Assembly: GCA_013003325.1 (NCBI GenBank)
Contig: JABDJU010000151.1
Coordinates: 1 to 31,231, forward strand
Origin: Acidimicrobiales bacterium
GTDB lineage: Bacteria > Actinomycetota > Acidimicrobiia > Acidimicrobiales > SZUA-35
Length of the DNA: 31,231 nt
Direction of reading: 5' to 3'
Under the pieces are notes generated by a model. That model worked only from the letters and a program-made list of their open reading frames with translations, made no database searches and had not been told where the DNA came from. This document shows, piece after piece, positions 7,479-16,996 of the stretch. Position 1 is the first letter of the stretch; every line of letters begins with the position of its first letter. Position numbers and translations under genes: made by a program.

Positions 7479-9413
7479 CTAGTGGGGTCCGTCACCGGTT
7501 TCGGGACGACCTTTGAGTCCGTCCCGGTACCGAGCGAGCATGTTGCGAATCTCTTCGGGGCTGCGGTTGCTTGCTGCGGCCGCTGGTGCCGCCGCCGCGC
7601 TGGGGATCGTGCGCCCTTCACTGGCGGGAGCGTGGTTTCGGGCGCGATCTCTCCTGACCAGGCCCGAGTCGGTGCGATTGGCCGGTGAATCCAACAGCGC
7701 ATCGACACCCTGGTCGAATGCGGGGCCCGATGGCATCGCCTGAGCCATGCTTTCGGGGGGCTCTGAGTGATCGGGCGCGGCGGGGGGCGACCAGGCCTCA
7801 GCCGGCTGCTCGAACACCGCAGGTGACGGCTCGGGTGCGGGCGCCGGCTGGGGTGCCTGACTCGGCGCCGGGGTAGGCGGCGGGGTCCATGTCTGTGCCG
7901 GCGGCTCATGAATCGGTTGGGGGGTTGGCTGCTGGAATGCCTGAGGAATCTCCTGAGGAACAGGAGCCTGCCGCTGAGGAGCCGGAGCCGGCTGCTGGAA
8001 AGCCTGGGGAACCGGAGCCTGGCGCTGAGGAGCCGGAGCCGGCTGCTGGAATTCCTGGGGAACAGGAGCCTGCTGCTGAGCAGTCGGAGCCGGCTCGTCG
8101 GCCCAGGGGCTCTCCTGCTCGGAGGCGAAGGCTGGCGGTGCCTCGGGTTCGGGCGCCGGCGCGACGGGAGCGCTCTGGATCGGCTGCGGGACCGGTGCGG
8201 GCTGAGCGATCGGAGGGCCGGCACCAAGGGGATTCTGATGCGGCACGGCCGGCTGACTGATCGTGGGAGCGCTCGACGGCATCGACTGAAACGCGGCGGG
8301 CACATTTGCTGCGGCCCCGCTCGAGAGCGCTCCGCCCGGGATCTTGATCGAGGCGGTGGTGCCGCCGCCTTCGGTGTGGGAAAGATGAACCTGAACTTCG
8401 AGACGCTCTGCGAGGCGGCCGATCACCTGGAACCCGAGTGAACGGGTCAGGGCCAGCCCGAGTTCGGGCGGGTTGGCGATCGTTTCGTTGGCGACCTGCA
8501 GTTGCTCAGCGCTCATGCCGATGCCGCGATCCTGAACGATGATCTCGTAGTAGCCGCCGGCGTCGAAGTCGCCAGTCACCATGACCGGTGCGTCAGGGGG
8601 TGAGAACTGGGTGGCGTTCTCGAGGAGCTCGGACATGAGGTGGGCAACGTCGACGGCGCCCTGGGGGCCGATATGGGCGGTCTTGATGGCGCCCATCGTC
8701 ACGTGCTGGTAGTCCTCGATCTCACTCATCGCCACCCGGATGACATCGGCGAGTACAACCGGTCCGCCGCGTCGCCGGCTGGGCTCAGCACCGGCCAGGA
8801 CCAGAAGGCTCTCTGCGTTGCGGCGCATACGGGTGGCAAGGTGGTCGAGACGGAACAGGCTCTCGAGGCGGTCGGGATCCTCCTCGGTTGACTCGAGCGA
8901 GTCGATGCTCTCGATCTGCCGATCGAGAAGGCTCTGGTTCCGGCGAGCTAGGTTCACCACCAACTCGCTGATGCCTTCCTTCACCACGCGCTGCTGCTCG
9001 TTCGCAACGGTGACAGCGCGGTTCTGGAGGCTGTTGAGGGCTTCGCCGAGGTCGGCGAGCTCGGTCTGGCCACTGACTTCGAGCGGCTCGAAGTCGGGCA
9101 TCGCGATCCCAGGATTCGAGAGTGACTCGATGAGTTTCGGCAGTCGGATGTCAGCCAACTCGCGGGCGGCGTCGGACACCTCGTTGATCGGTTCGAGCAC
9201 TCGTCGGCCCACGGCCAGAAGAACCCCGACGCTCAAGAGCATTCCGGCGATCGCGACAACGCCCAGCGTCAGAGTGTCGGACTTCAACTCATCGACAGAG
9301 GGATCGCCAAGGAAGTACGTCGACAGACCGAACGCGGCGATGAACGCCAACAAGAGGATCGGCGGAATGGCGATCAGCGCCATTAGGTTTCTGAGATTGA
9401 GTTTCTTCGACAT
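7479..9413 (-). CDS. Conservon membrane sensor histidine kinase (CvnA-type) with Pro/Gln-rich C-terminal linker
   Basis: Two TM helices, HAMP-like region, LFRLDHLATRMRRNAE, ELLENATQFSPP, DRGIGM, GGGT; tail motifs TDSGLVRR and RSPEEIRNML. Confidence 0.92.
   Translation of the reverse strand: MSKKLNLRNLMALIAIPPILLLAFIAAFGLSTYFLGDPSVDELKSDTLTLGVVAIAGMLLSVGVLLAVGRRVLEPINEVSDAARELADIRLPKLIESLSNPGIAMPDFEPLEVSGQTELADLGEALNSLQNRAVTVANEQQRVVKEGISELVVNLARRNQSLLDRQIESIDSLESTEEDPDRLESLFRLDHLATRMRRNAESLLVLAGAEPSRRRGGPVVLADVIRVAMSEIEDYQHVTMGAIKTAHIGPQGAVDVAHLMSELLENATQFSPPDAPVMVTGDFDAGGYYEIIVQDRGIGMSAEQLQVANETIANPPELGLALTRSLGFQVIGRLAERLEVQVHLSHTEGGGTTASIKIPGGALSSGAAANVPAAFQSMPSSAPTISQPAVPHQNPLGAGPPIAQPAPVPQPIQSAPVAPAPEPEAPPAFASEQESPWADEPAPTAQQQAPVPQEFQQPAPAPQRQAPVPQAFQQPAPAPQRQAPVPQEIPQAFQQPTPQPIHEPPAQTWTPPPTPAPSQAPQPAPAPEPSPAVFEQPAEAWSPPAAPDHSEPPESMAQAMPSGPAFDQGVDALLDSPANRTDSGLVRRDRARNHAPASEGRTIPSAAAAPAAAASNRSPEEIRNMLARYRDGLKGRPETGDGPH
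7957..8080. repeat. 51-bp in-frame tandem repeat, about 2.4 copies (17-aa unit QAPVPQ(E/A)FQQPAPAPQR)
   Basis: Units start at 7957, 8008 and 8059 (ggaac[a/c]ggagcctg...). Confidence 0.9.
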
Positions 9414-9474
9414 GGGCCTCTCACACTTTGGATGTCTGATATTCAGTCGGCGCTGACGCCGCTTCCTTTAGTCC

Positions 9475-9488
9475 GAATCGATCGATTC
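9475..9488. promoter_or_regulatory. Perfect 14-bp palindrome GAATCGATCGATTC in the divergent kinase/DUF4388 intergenic region
   Basis: Self-complementary sequence read directly; function not established. Confidence 0.35.
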
Positions 9489-9551
9489 ATGAGATTCACC
9501 GATGGCAGGTGGGTGAACCGCCTTGCTGTTCGATTGGGGTAGCTTCTTGAG

Positions 9552-10247
9552 GTGATGTCCGCTTCACCTACCGAAGGCTCCCTGGAGGAGCAGGATCTGA
9601 GCGAACTCCTGCTCCAACTGGCCGAAAGCCGCTCCACCGGAGCACTGAGAATTAGCAACGGTGGAGCGGTCTGGATGTCCGAAGGCCGTATCTACCTCGC
9701 CCAATCAGCCCAGGGACCGCGAATCGCCGACGTTCTGTTCGGCGCCCACGTGGGCTCGCTCAGCGAGATCCACGCCGCCCTCAACGGGGCGGGAACCACA
9801 ACCGCCCTGGACAGCCTTTTGGCCCAGCACCCCGACCGGGCCCAGGTAATCGAGAGATTGATCCACGAATCGAACCTGACCGCTATGTTCGAACTGCTGG
9901 TTCCGAGCCAGGACCAGTACACCTTCGACGACGGTGCAACCCACCGATTGGGCGCCACCTTTGCCGAGCCGGCGGCGGCGTTGCTCGACCAGGCCCAACG
10001 CCGTTTGGAGATCTGGAAGCAGATCGCTCAACGAATCCCAAATACCTCGGTTCGATTCGGCCTCAACCCAGATCTGCCCGGAGACGAGCAGGTGATCACA
10101 AACGACGAGTGGCGTTACCTCTCCATGCTCGACGGCAACAACACCGTTGCCGATGTCATCGCCGAGACCGGTGACAGTGCCTTTCGTGTCTGTTCAGGGC
10201 TCTACCGCCTGTTGCTCGAAGATCTCATTCACGAAATCGTCGACTAA
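9552..10247 (+). CDS. DUF4388 (PATAN-like) domain protein
   Basis: GSLEEQDLSELLLQLAESRSTGALRI...G.VWMSEGRIYLA N-terminus; C-terminal EWRYL..LDG..TV.DVI...G...F.VC..LYRL; TAGCTT-6 nt-GTG. Confidence 0.8.
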   Translation: MMSASPTEGSLEEQDLSELLLQLAESRSTGALRISNGGAVWMSEGRIYLAQSAQGPRIADVLFGAHVGSLSEIHAALNGAGTTTALDSLLAQHPDRAQVIERLIHESNLTAMFELLVPSQDQYTFDDGATHRLGATFAEPAAALLDQAQRRLEIWKQIAQRIPNTSVRFGLNPDLPGDEQVITNDEWRYLSMLDGNNTVADVIAETGDSAFRVCSGLYRLLLEDLIHEIVD

Positions 10248-10305
10248 CTCTCGGCCCTTGTGGCAACCACTAACTTCCGACTCATCGCCGCCGACTGGCT
10301 CACCG

Positions 10306-10839
10306 ATGGCCACGGCACACAATCAGCAGGTCCCAACCGCTGTAGCTCTCGAGAAAGCGCGCCGCCGGGTCGGCTTCTCGGTGGAAGCCGCCGCCGACGA
10401 ATTGAATATCACCACCCGCCTGCTCGGCGATATCGAATCGGGCCTGCGGACACCGGGTCCGGATCTGATCGAGGCGATGGTGTCTCTGTACGGAGTGGAG
10501 CCGGGTCGCATCGAAGGCCGCGAGTTGGTTCCCCGTGTACCGGCCCGCTACGACGCCGAAAGCCACGTGCTCCAGATGGGTTGGACTTCGATCCAGATCA
10601 AAGAGAAGGACAACGACCACATCGCCCGCTCGCTCGCTGTGGCGCTGCGAGAAATGCGATCGCTCCCCGGCGACGGTCCGGTCGTGCTGCGCTCGACAGA
10701 GCTGGGATTGCTGGCCCCGCTCTTCGATTTGAGTGCACCGGATCTACCCGAGATCCTGACGAGGTATCTCAGGTTGACACCGAATGACGCGTTGAGCCTG
10801 GTCAACCAGATGGTCGTGCTCGACAGCGTTCACGGCTAA
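10306..10839 (+). CDS. XRE-family helix-turn-helix protein with an uncharacterised C-terminal domain
   Basis: LEKARRRVGFSVEAAADELNITTRLLGDIESGLRTP is an HTH_3-like motif; start ATG 10306. Confidence 0.8.
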   Translation: MATAHNQQVPTAVALEKARRRVGFSVEAAADELNITTRLLGDIESGLRTPGPDLIEAMVSLYGVEPGRIEGRELVPRVPARYDAESHVLQMGWTSIQIKEKDNDHIARSLAVALREMRSLPGDGPVVLRSTELGLLAPLFDLSAPDLPEILTRYLRLTPNDALSLVNQMVVLDSVHG

Positions 10840-10851
10840 ACGGCCGAGACC

Positions 10852-12330
10852 TCAGCCGAGGGGCCGGTCGGTTGGCGCGACCGGGCTGGGCAACAGCGTG
10901 TCCCCCATCAGTGCTCGGTCGACCGAGGCTGCGCAGGCCCGCCCCTCGGCGATGGCCCACACGATGAGACTCTGGCCGCGGCCCATGTCTCCGCAGGAAA
11001 AGACTCCCTCGACCGATGTGCGCCATGCGTCGTCGCGGGCGACGTTGCCGCGAGCGTCTAACCCGACGCCGAGGTCGTTGAGCAGTCCTCCCTGTTCAGG
11101 GCCGGTGAACCCCATCGCCAGGAGCACCAGATCGGCATCGAGTTCAAACTCAGAGCCCGGAACTGGCTCAAATGTCGGCCGGCCGTTCAGCACTGACGAC
11201 TCGACTTGGTTGCCGTGGAGCTTTTTGACCACCCCGTCGACCCCGGAGAAGTGGGTGGTGTTCACCGAGTACAGCCGCTCGCCTCCCTCTTCGTGGGCCG
11301 ATGTGACCTTGTAGACCAACGGAAACGTGGGCCACGGAGTGCGCTCGGATCGTGTGTCGGGGGGACGAGGCATGATCTCGAACTGGTGGACCGACGCTGC
11401 CCCCTGACGATGAGCGGTTCCCAGACAGTCGGCACCGGTGTCGCCTCCGCCGATGATGATCACATGCTTGCCCTCGGCGCTGATCGGGGGTTGAGCCAGG
11501 TCGCCCATTTGCACCCGATTGGCCGGCGGCAGGTACTCCATCGCTTGGTAGATACCGTCGAGTTCGCGACCGGGAACGGGCAGGTCGCGCCACTGGGTCG
11601 CTCCCCCGGCGAGCACCACCGCGTCGAATTCCTCCCGCAGCTCGTCGACCCCCACGCTGGTCGCCTCCCCGGCCGGACCGCCGACGTTGGCATTCACCCT
11701 GAACTCGGTGCCTTCGGCCGCCATCTAGTCCAGGCGGCGATCGATGACCCATTTTTCCATCTTGAACTCAGGGATTCCGTAGCGCAGGAGCCCACCGATC
11801 CGGTCGGCTCGTTCGAAGACGACAACCCGATGTCCAGCCCGGGTGAGCTGCTGGGCCAGGGCCAGGCCGGCAGGACCCGAACCGACCACGGCCACAGCCT
11901 TGCCGGTGACCTTCGAGGGCAGAACCGGTAGGACCCATCCTTCTTCGAAGGCTCGCTCGATGATCGTGACCTCGACCTGCTTGATCGTGACAGGATCTTC
12001 GGCGATTCCGACCACGCAGGCACCTTCGCAGGGCGCCGGGCACAGGCGGTCTGTGAACTCAGGGAAATTGTTGGTGGCGTGCAGTCGCTCGATGGCCAAC
12101 TTCCACTGGTCCCGGTACACGAGGTCATTCCAGTCGGGGATCAGGTTGCCCAATGGGCAGCCGTTGTTGCAGAAGGGGATGCCGCAGTCCATGCACCGGG
12201 ACGCCTGGAGCTTGAGCTCGTCCGGCCCGAAGTCTTCGTAGACCTCGTTCCAGTCCTTCAGGCGAACCGGCACCGGTCGGCGGGTCGGCGTGACCCGTTC
12301 GTGGGTCATGAATCCGGTCGGATCACCCAT
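10852..12330 (-). pseudogene. gltD: Glutamate synthase small subunit, interrupted by an in-frame TAG at codon 202 (pseudogene or sequence error)
   Basis: The two tracked ORFs are in one frame: [28 protein letters not shown] | GGGDTGADC, GDMGRGQSLIVWAI. Junction reads CTG GAC TAG ATG GCG. Confidence 0.88.
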
Positions 12331-15300
12331 GGCTTGCTCCCATCACGGCCGCCACCGGGTCTTCACCGGCGGATTCGGCCTGCTTCATCGCCTCGAGAAC
12401 CCGCTTGAAGTCCCGTGGCATCACCTTGACGAACCGCTCGACCTCCCGTTCCCATGCTGCCAGCACCCGTTCGGCGACGGTGGAGCCCGTCTCGCCGAAA
12501 TGGACCTCGATGATCCTCTTGAGTTCGGCCTGGTCGTCGCGGTCAAGGGGTTCGAGGTCGACCAGTTCACGATTGACCTTCGCCGGAAAGCTCCCGTCGG
12601 CATCGAAAACGTACGCAATGCCTCCGCTCATTCCGGCAGCGAAGTTCCGACCCGTCGACCCGAGAATCACGGCTCGCCCACCGGTCATGTATTCACAGCC
12701 GTGATCGCCGACGCCTTCAGCGACCGCCGTCGCACCGCTGTTGCGGACACAGAATCGCTCGCCAACGACGCCACGCAGGTAGACCTCGCCTGAGGTCGCC
12801 CCGTAGAGGATCACGTTGCCGGCGATGATGTTGTGCTCAGCCGCGAACGGAGAATCCGCCGGTGGGCGGATGGCGATCCGGCCACCACTGAGACCCTTTC
12901 CGACGTAGTCGTTGGCGTCGCCGCTGAGTCGTATGGTGATCCCGGACGGCATGAAGGCACCGAGGCTCTGCCCCGCCGAACCGTCCAAATCGATCTGGAT
13001 GGTGTCGGCGGGCAAACCAGCACCTCCGTGCACCTTGGTGAGCTCGTGGCCGAGCATCGTGCCGACGGTCCGGTTCTCGTTACTGATCTCGTAGGCGAGG
13101 CGCACCGGTGTGCCCTCGGCGACCGCTGCCGCCGCATCGTCGATGATGACTCGATCGAGGGCCCGGTCGAGGCCGTGGTCCTGGCCGACCGCATTCAGAC
13201 GAGCCGCACCGGTTGGGATCTCTGGCAGGTGCAGGATGGGGGCGAGATCGAGACCGGCCGCCTTCCAATGAGCGACGGCCCGATCGGCGTCGATCACCTC
13301 GACCCGACCGACCGCTTCCTCAATCGAACGAAAACCCAGTTCGGCGAGCAGTTCGCGCACCTCTTCGGCGATGTATTCGAAGAAGGTCTCGACGAACTCG
13401 GGTTTGCCGGTGAACTTGGCTCGAAGCTCGGGGTTCTGGGTTGCGACGCCAACCGGGCAGGTGTCGAGGTGACACACTCGCATCATCACGCATCCGCTTA
13501 CGACCAGCGGTGCCGTGGCGAATCCGAATTCCTCGCCTCCGAGCAGCGCGGCGATGACGACGTCGCGTCCGGTCTTGATCTGGCCGTCGACCTGCACCAC
13601 GATCCGATCGCGCAGATCGTTGAGAAGGAGGGTCTGTTGGGTCTCGGCCAATCCCAGTTCCCACGGTCCGCCCGCGTGCTTCAGCGAGGTGAGGGGTGAT
13701 GCCCCGGTCCCGCCGTCGTGGCCGGAGATGAGCACAACATCTGCCTTTGCCTTCGACACGCCTGCTGCCACGGTGCCGACCCCAACCTCAGCAACCAGTT
13801 TCACGTGGATTCTGGCGTCAGGGTTCGAGTTCTTGAGGTCGTGAATGAGCTGGGCGAGGTCCTCGATGCTGTAGATGTCATGGTGGGGTGGCGGCGAGAT
13901 CAGCCCGACACCCGGGGTCGAGTGCCGCGTCTTGGCGATCCAGGGCCACACCTTCTTGCCTGGGAGCTGGCCCCCTTCGCCCGGCTTGGCGCCCTGGGCC
14001 ATCTTGATCTGGATGTCGTCTGAGTTGGTGAGGTATTCGGCGGTTACACCGAAACGGCCGGAGGCAACCTGTTTGATCGATGAGCGACGGGAGTCGCCGT
14101 TGGCGTCGGGAATCCAACGCTCGGGGTCCTCGCCTCCTTCGCCGGTATTGGACTTGCCTCCGAGTCGATTCATCGCGATCGCAAGGGTCTCATGGGCCTC
14201 AGCGCTGATGCTTCCGTAACTCATGGCCCCCGTGGCAAACCGCTTCACGATCTCGCTCACCGGTTCGACTTCATCGATGGGGATGGCCTCCCGGTTGGAC
14301 TTCAACGTGAACAGCCCCCGAAGCGTCGCCAGATGCTCGGCCTGAGCGTTGACCAGGTTGGTGTATTCCTTGAACACCTCGTATCGCTTGGTGCGGGTGG
14401 CGTGCTGGAGCTTGAAAACGGTCTCGGGGTTGAACAGGTGGTACTCCCCCTCTCGTCGCCACTGATATTCGCCGCCGAACGGGAGTTCCCGATGAGCTCT
14501 GAGTTCAGCGCGGTCGGGGAAGGCGATTTGATGTCGCGCCGCGCACTCGGCGGCAATCTGGGCAAGGCCAATGCCACCAAGTTTCGAGGTGGTGCCAGTG
14601 AAGAATTCGTCGACGACCTCTTGGCCGATACCGACCGCTTCAAAGATCTGTGCACCGGTGTAGGACGCCACGGTCGAGATGCCCATCTTCGACATGACCT
14701 TGATGATCCCCTTGGTGGCCGCCTCCACATAGTTGGAGGCGGCGAGATCGAGATCGATGGCCAGTTGACCGCTGCGAATCCGATCCTCGAGGGTCTCCAT
14801 GATCAGCGAGGGGCAGATCGCGTTGGCACCAAACCCGAGCAGGAGGGCGAGGTGGTGGACCTCGCGCACGTCGGCCCCGTCGACGATGATCCCCAGCTTG
14901 GTACGGGCTTTCAGCTTTACGAGGTGTTGGTGGATCGCCCCGGCCGCCAGCAGGGACGGGATCGGGGCGCGGTCGGCGGTCGCACCGCGATTGGTGATGA
15001 CGAGAATACCGACGCCGTCTTCGGCAGCGGCCGCTGCCTCGCTTCGAATTCGGTCGAGGGCATACCTGAGCCCGCGCTCGCCTTCGTTCACGTTGTACAG
15101 AGCACTGATCGTGGCCGAGCTGAACTGTGGGAACGCCCCCTCGGCATTGGCCTGCTCGATCCGGAGCAACTCGTCGGCGGTTACGACCGGGTGCTCGAGT
15201 CGGAGCTGGCGACACCAGTCCGGACCAGGGGCCAGGATGTTGGCCTGTGGACCGAGCCGCACCTCGGCAGATGTGACGAGTTCTTCCCGAATCGCATCGA

Positions 15301-16861
15301 GGGGCGGGTTGGTGACCTGAGCGAACAGCTGGCTGAAGTAGTCAAAGAGCATCCTGGGCTTGTTCGACAGAACGGCCAGGGGCGTGTCGGTGCCCATCGA
15401 CCCGATGTTTTCTTTGCCGTCGAGGGCCATCGGGGCGACGATCACGCTGAGATCCTCCTCGGTCAGCCCGTTTGTGACCTGCTCGGCCACGAGGTCTGCA
15501 TGGCTGGGGGTTTGATGCGGGCGTTCGGGAAGGTCGTTCAGCTCGGTGAGACCGCTGGTCCACTCCTGATAGGGGTGTTCTGCGGCGAGGGATGCCATGA
15601 TCTCCTCGTCGTCGACGATGCGCCCTTCGGAGGTGTTCACCAGGAACATCTTTCCGGGCTCGAGGCGCCCCTTGCTCACGACCTGTGAACTCGGCACGTC
15701 GATGACTCCGACCTCAGATGCCATCGCGACGAGGCCATCGCTGGTGACCCAGTAGCGTGACGGCCGAAGTCCATTGCGATCGAGCACTGCTCCGACAACC
15801 TCACCGTCGGTAAAGGTGACCGAGGCGGGACCGTCCCATGCTTCCATGCCCGATGCGTAGAAGTCGTAGAACGCCCGAATCTCGGGGGGCATGTTCTCGT
15901 TGCGCTCCCACGCCTCGGGCATCAGCATGAGCATGGCGTGGTGGATCGGGTAACCCCCCAGGTGCAACAGCTCGAGCGCCTCGTCGAGGCTGGCGGTGTC
16001 GGATGCGTCGGGGGTGCAGATCGGGAAGATGTGGTTGAGCTTGGAGCCCCAGAAGTCGGTTTCGAGGAGCCCTTCTCGCGCTCTCATCCAGTTTCGGTTG
16101 CCCATCACGGTGTTGATCTCGCCGTTGTGGGCGATAAAGCGATACGGGTGGGCCAACGGCCAGGCCGGGAATGTGTTGGTGGAGAATCGGCTGTGGACCA
16201 GCGCGATGGCACTCTCGATGCGCTCGTCGGCCAGCTCGGGAAAGAAGCTCAACAACTGCGGGGTGGTGAACATGCCCTTGTAGACCACGGTCCGGCTCGA
16301 CAGGCTGGCGAAGTACAACTCGGCCCCGGTCTTGTCGGGCACCTCGTGCTCGACCCGCTTGCGGGCGAGATAGACCTGTCGGTCGAGGTCGAGACCCACG
16401 TTGTCCAACAGCGAGGTGATGAACACCTGCTCGAATCGGGGCATCAGTTCCTTTGCCTGTTCGCCGAGGTCTCCGACGTCGTAGGGAACCGGGCGGAAGG
16501 CGATCGTCTCGAGCCCCTGTTCGGCAAAGGTCCGCACAATCGCTTCACGGGCCGCCAGCGCCAGGTCCTCATCGGGTGGCATGAAGAGCATCCCGGTGGC
16601 GTAGTGTCCGAACTCGGGAAGCTCGGGTATCAAGCTTCGGTAATACGCATCCGGAATCTGAATGAGGATTCCCGCTCCATCGCCGGTGGTGGGTTCGGCG
16701 TTGGTGGCGCCCCGATGCTGCAGCTTCACGAGGGCGGTCAGCGCCCGATCGACGACATCACGGCTGCGACGACCATGAAGATCGGCGACGAATGCAACAC
16801 CACACGCATCGTGTTCCATGCGGGGGTCGTAAAGGCCCTGGGCCTGTGGCAAGTGGTTCAC
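12323..16861 (-). CDS. gltB: Glutamate synthase large subunit
   Basis: HDACGV catalytic Cys, [51 protein letters not shown] and GXGXG domain; GTG start at 16861 with AGGAGG; 8-bp overlap with gltD. Confidence 0.97.
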   Translation of the reverse strand: MNHLPQAQGLYDPRMEHDACGVAFVADLHGRRSRDVVDRALTALVKLQHRGATNAEPTTGDGAGILIQIPDAYYRSLIPELPEFGHYATGMLFMPPDEDLALAAREAIVRTFAEQGLETIAFRPVPYDVGDLGEQAKELMPRFEQVFITSLLDNVGLDLDRQVYLARKRVEHEVPDKTGAELYFASLSSRTVVYKGMFTTPQLLSFFPELADERIESAIALVHSRFSTNTFPAWPLAHPYRFIAHNGEINTVMGNRNWMRAREGLLETDFWGSKLNHIFPICTPDASDTASLDEALELLHLGGYPIHHAMLMLMPEAWERNENMPPEIRAFYDFYASGMEAWDGPASVTFTDGEVVGAVLDRNGLRPSRYWVTSDGLVAMASEVGVIDVPSSQVVSKGRLEPGKMFLVNTSEGRIVDDEEIMASLAAEHPYQEWTSGLTELNDLPERPHQTPSHADLVAEQVTNGLTEEDLSVIVAPMALDGKENIGSMGTDTPLAVLSNKPRMLFDYFSQLFAQVTNPPLDAIREELVTSAEVRLGPQANILAPGPDWCRQLRLEHPVVTADELLRIEQANAEGAFPQFSSATISALYNVNEGERGLRYALDRIRSEAAAAAEDGVGILVITNRGATADRAPIPSLLAAGAIHQHLVKLKARTKLGIIVDGADVREVHHLALLLGFGANAICPSLIMETLEDRIRSGQLAIDLDLAASNYVEAATKGIIKVMSKMGISTVASYTGAQIFEAVGIGQEVVDEFFTGTTSKLGGIGLAQIAAECAARHQIAFPDRAELRAHRELPFGGEYQWRREGEYHLFNPETVFKLQHATRTKRYEVFKEYTNLVNAQAEHLATLRGLFTLKSNREAIPIDEVEPVSEIVKRFATGAMSYGSISAEAHETLAIAMNRLGGKSNTGEGGEDPERWIPDANGDSRRSSIKQVASGRFGVTAEYLTNSDDIQIKMAQGAKPGEGGQLPGKKVWPWIAKTRHSTPGVGLISPPPHHDIYSIEDLAQLIHDLKNSNPDARIHVKLVAEVGVGTVAAGVSKAKADVVLISGHDGGTGASPLTSLKHAGGPWELGLAETQQTLLLNDLRDRIVVQVDGQIKTGRDVVIAALLGGEEFGFATAPLVVSGCVMMRVCHLDTCPVGVATQNPELRAKFTGKPEFVETFFEYIAEEVRELLAELGFRSIEEAVGRVEVIDADRAVAHWKAAGLDLAPILHLPEIPTGAARLNAVGQDHGLDRALDRVIIDDAAAAVAEGTPVRLAYEISNENRTVGTMLGHELTKVHGGAGLPADTIQIDLDGSAGQSLGAFMPSGITIRLSGDANDYVGKGLSGGRIAIRPPADSPFAAEHNIIAGNVILYGATSGEVYLRGVVGERFCVRNSGATAVAEGVGDHGCEYMTGGRAVILGSTGRNFAAGMSGGIAYVFDADGSFPAKVNRELVDLEPLDRDDQAELKRIIEVHFGETGSTVAERVLAAWEREVERFVKVMPRDFKRVLEAMKQAESAGEDPVAAVMGASHG

Positions 16862-16968
16862 GGTTGATCCTCCTGGGCGAACGGTCGAAGCCCGAGGGCG
16901 ACGAAGAACGGGACGACGTTGGCCCGCACGGAGTGATCCGAAGCGTATCTCCTGTTCGCCGATCAACC
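16862..16968 (-). promoter_or_regulatory. Candidate structured 5' leader of gltB covering the ribosome-binding region
   Basis: Minus-strand GGTTGATC-GGCGAAC (16968-16954) is complementary to GTTCGCC[CAGGAG]GATCAACC (16882-16862), directly before the start codon. Confidence 0.45.
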
Positions 16969-16974
16969 ACAACA

Positions 16975-16991
16975 CAGCCCGGTACGGGCTG
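16975..16991 (-). terminator. Hairpin downstream of the M18 peptidase gene
   Basis: CAGCCCG-TAC-CGGGCTG followed by a T/G-rich tract, 5 nt after the stop. Confidence 0.45.
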
Positions 16992-16996
16992 GGGAT

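Noticed and set aside
7957-8080. CRISPR array
   Set aside because: Contiguous in-frame tandem units without unique spacers, inside a coding region; no cas genes.
7457-8305. 282-aa Arg/Pro-rich ORF
   Set aside because: Alternative frame of the kinase's repetitive linker; low complexity.
11725-11727. Genome-wide TAG reassignment (TAG=Gln) or pyrrolysine as the explanation for the gltD stop
   Set aside because: TAG ends several genes at their expected C-termini in this window (SDR 3402, kinase 7479, M18 16997, hppA 21305, flavodoxin 24186), and no pyl genes are seen.
10852-12330. Two genuine separate genes (tracked ORFs 10852-11724 and 11725-12330)
   Set aside because: Same frame, zero gap, no Shine-Dalgarno before the second ATG, and together they give one collinear 492-aa GltD.
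14192-16867. Long plus-strand ORFs (498 aa and 309 aa)
   Set aside because: Antisense shadows of gltB, typical of high-GC coding DNA; no motifs.
16913-16950. glnA-type glutamine riboswitch (CGTTGGCCC...GAAGC on the plus strand)
   Set aside because: Wrong strand relative to gltB, and the GGAAGUA and CAACG elements are absent in that orientation.
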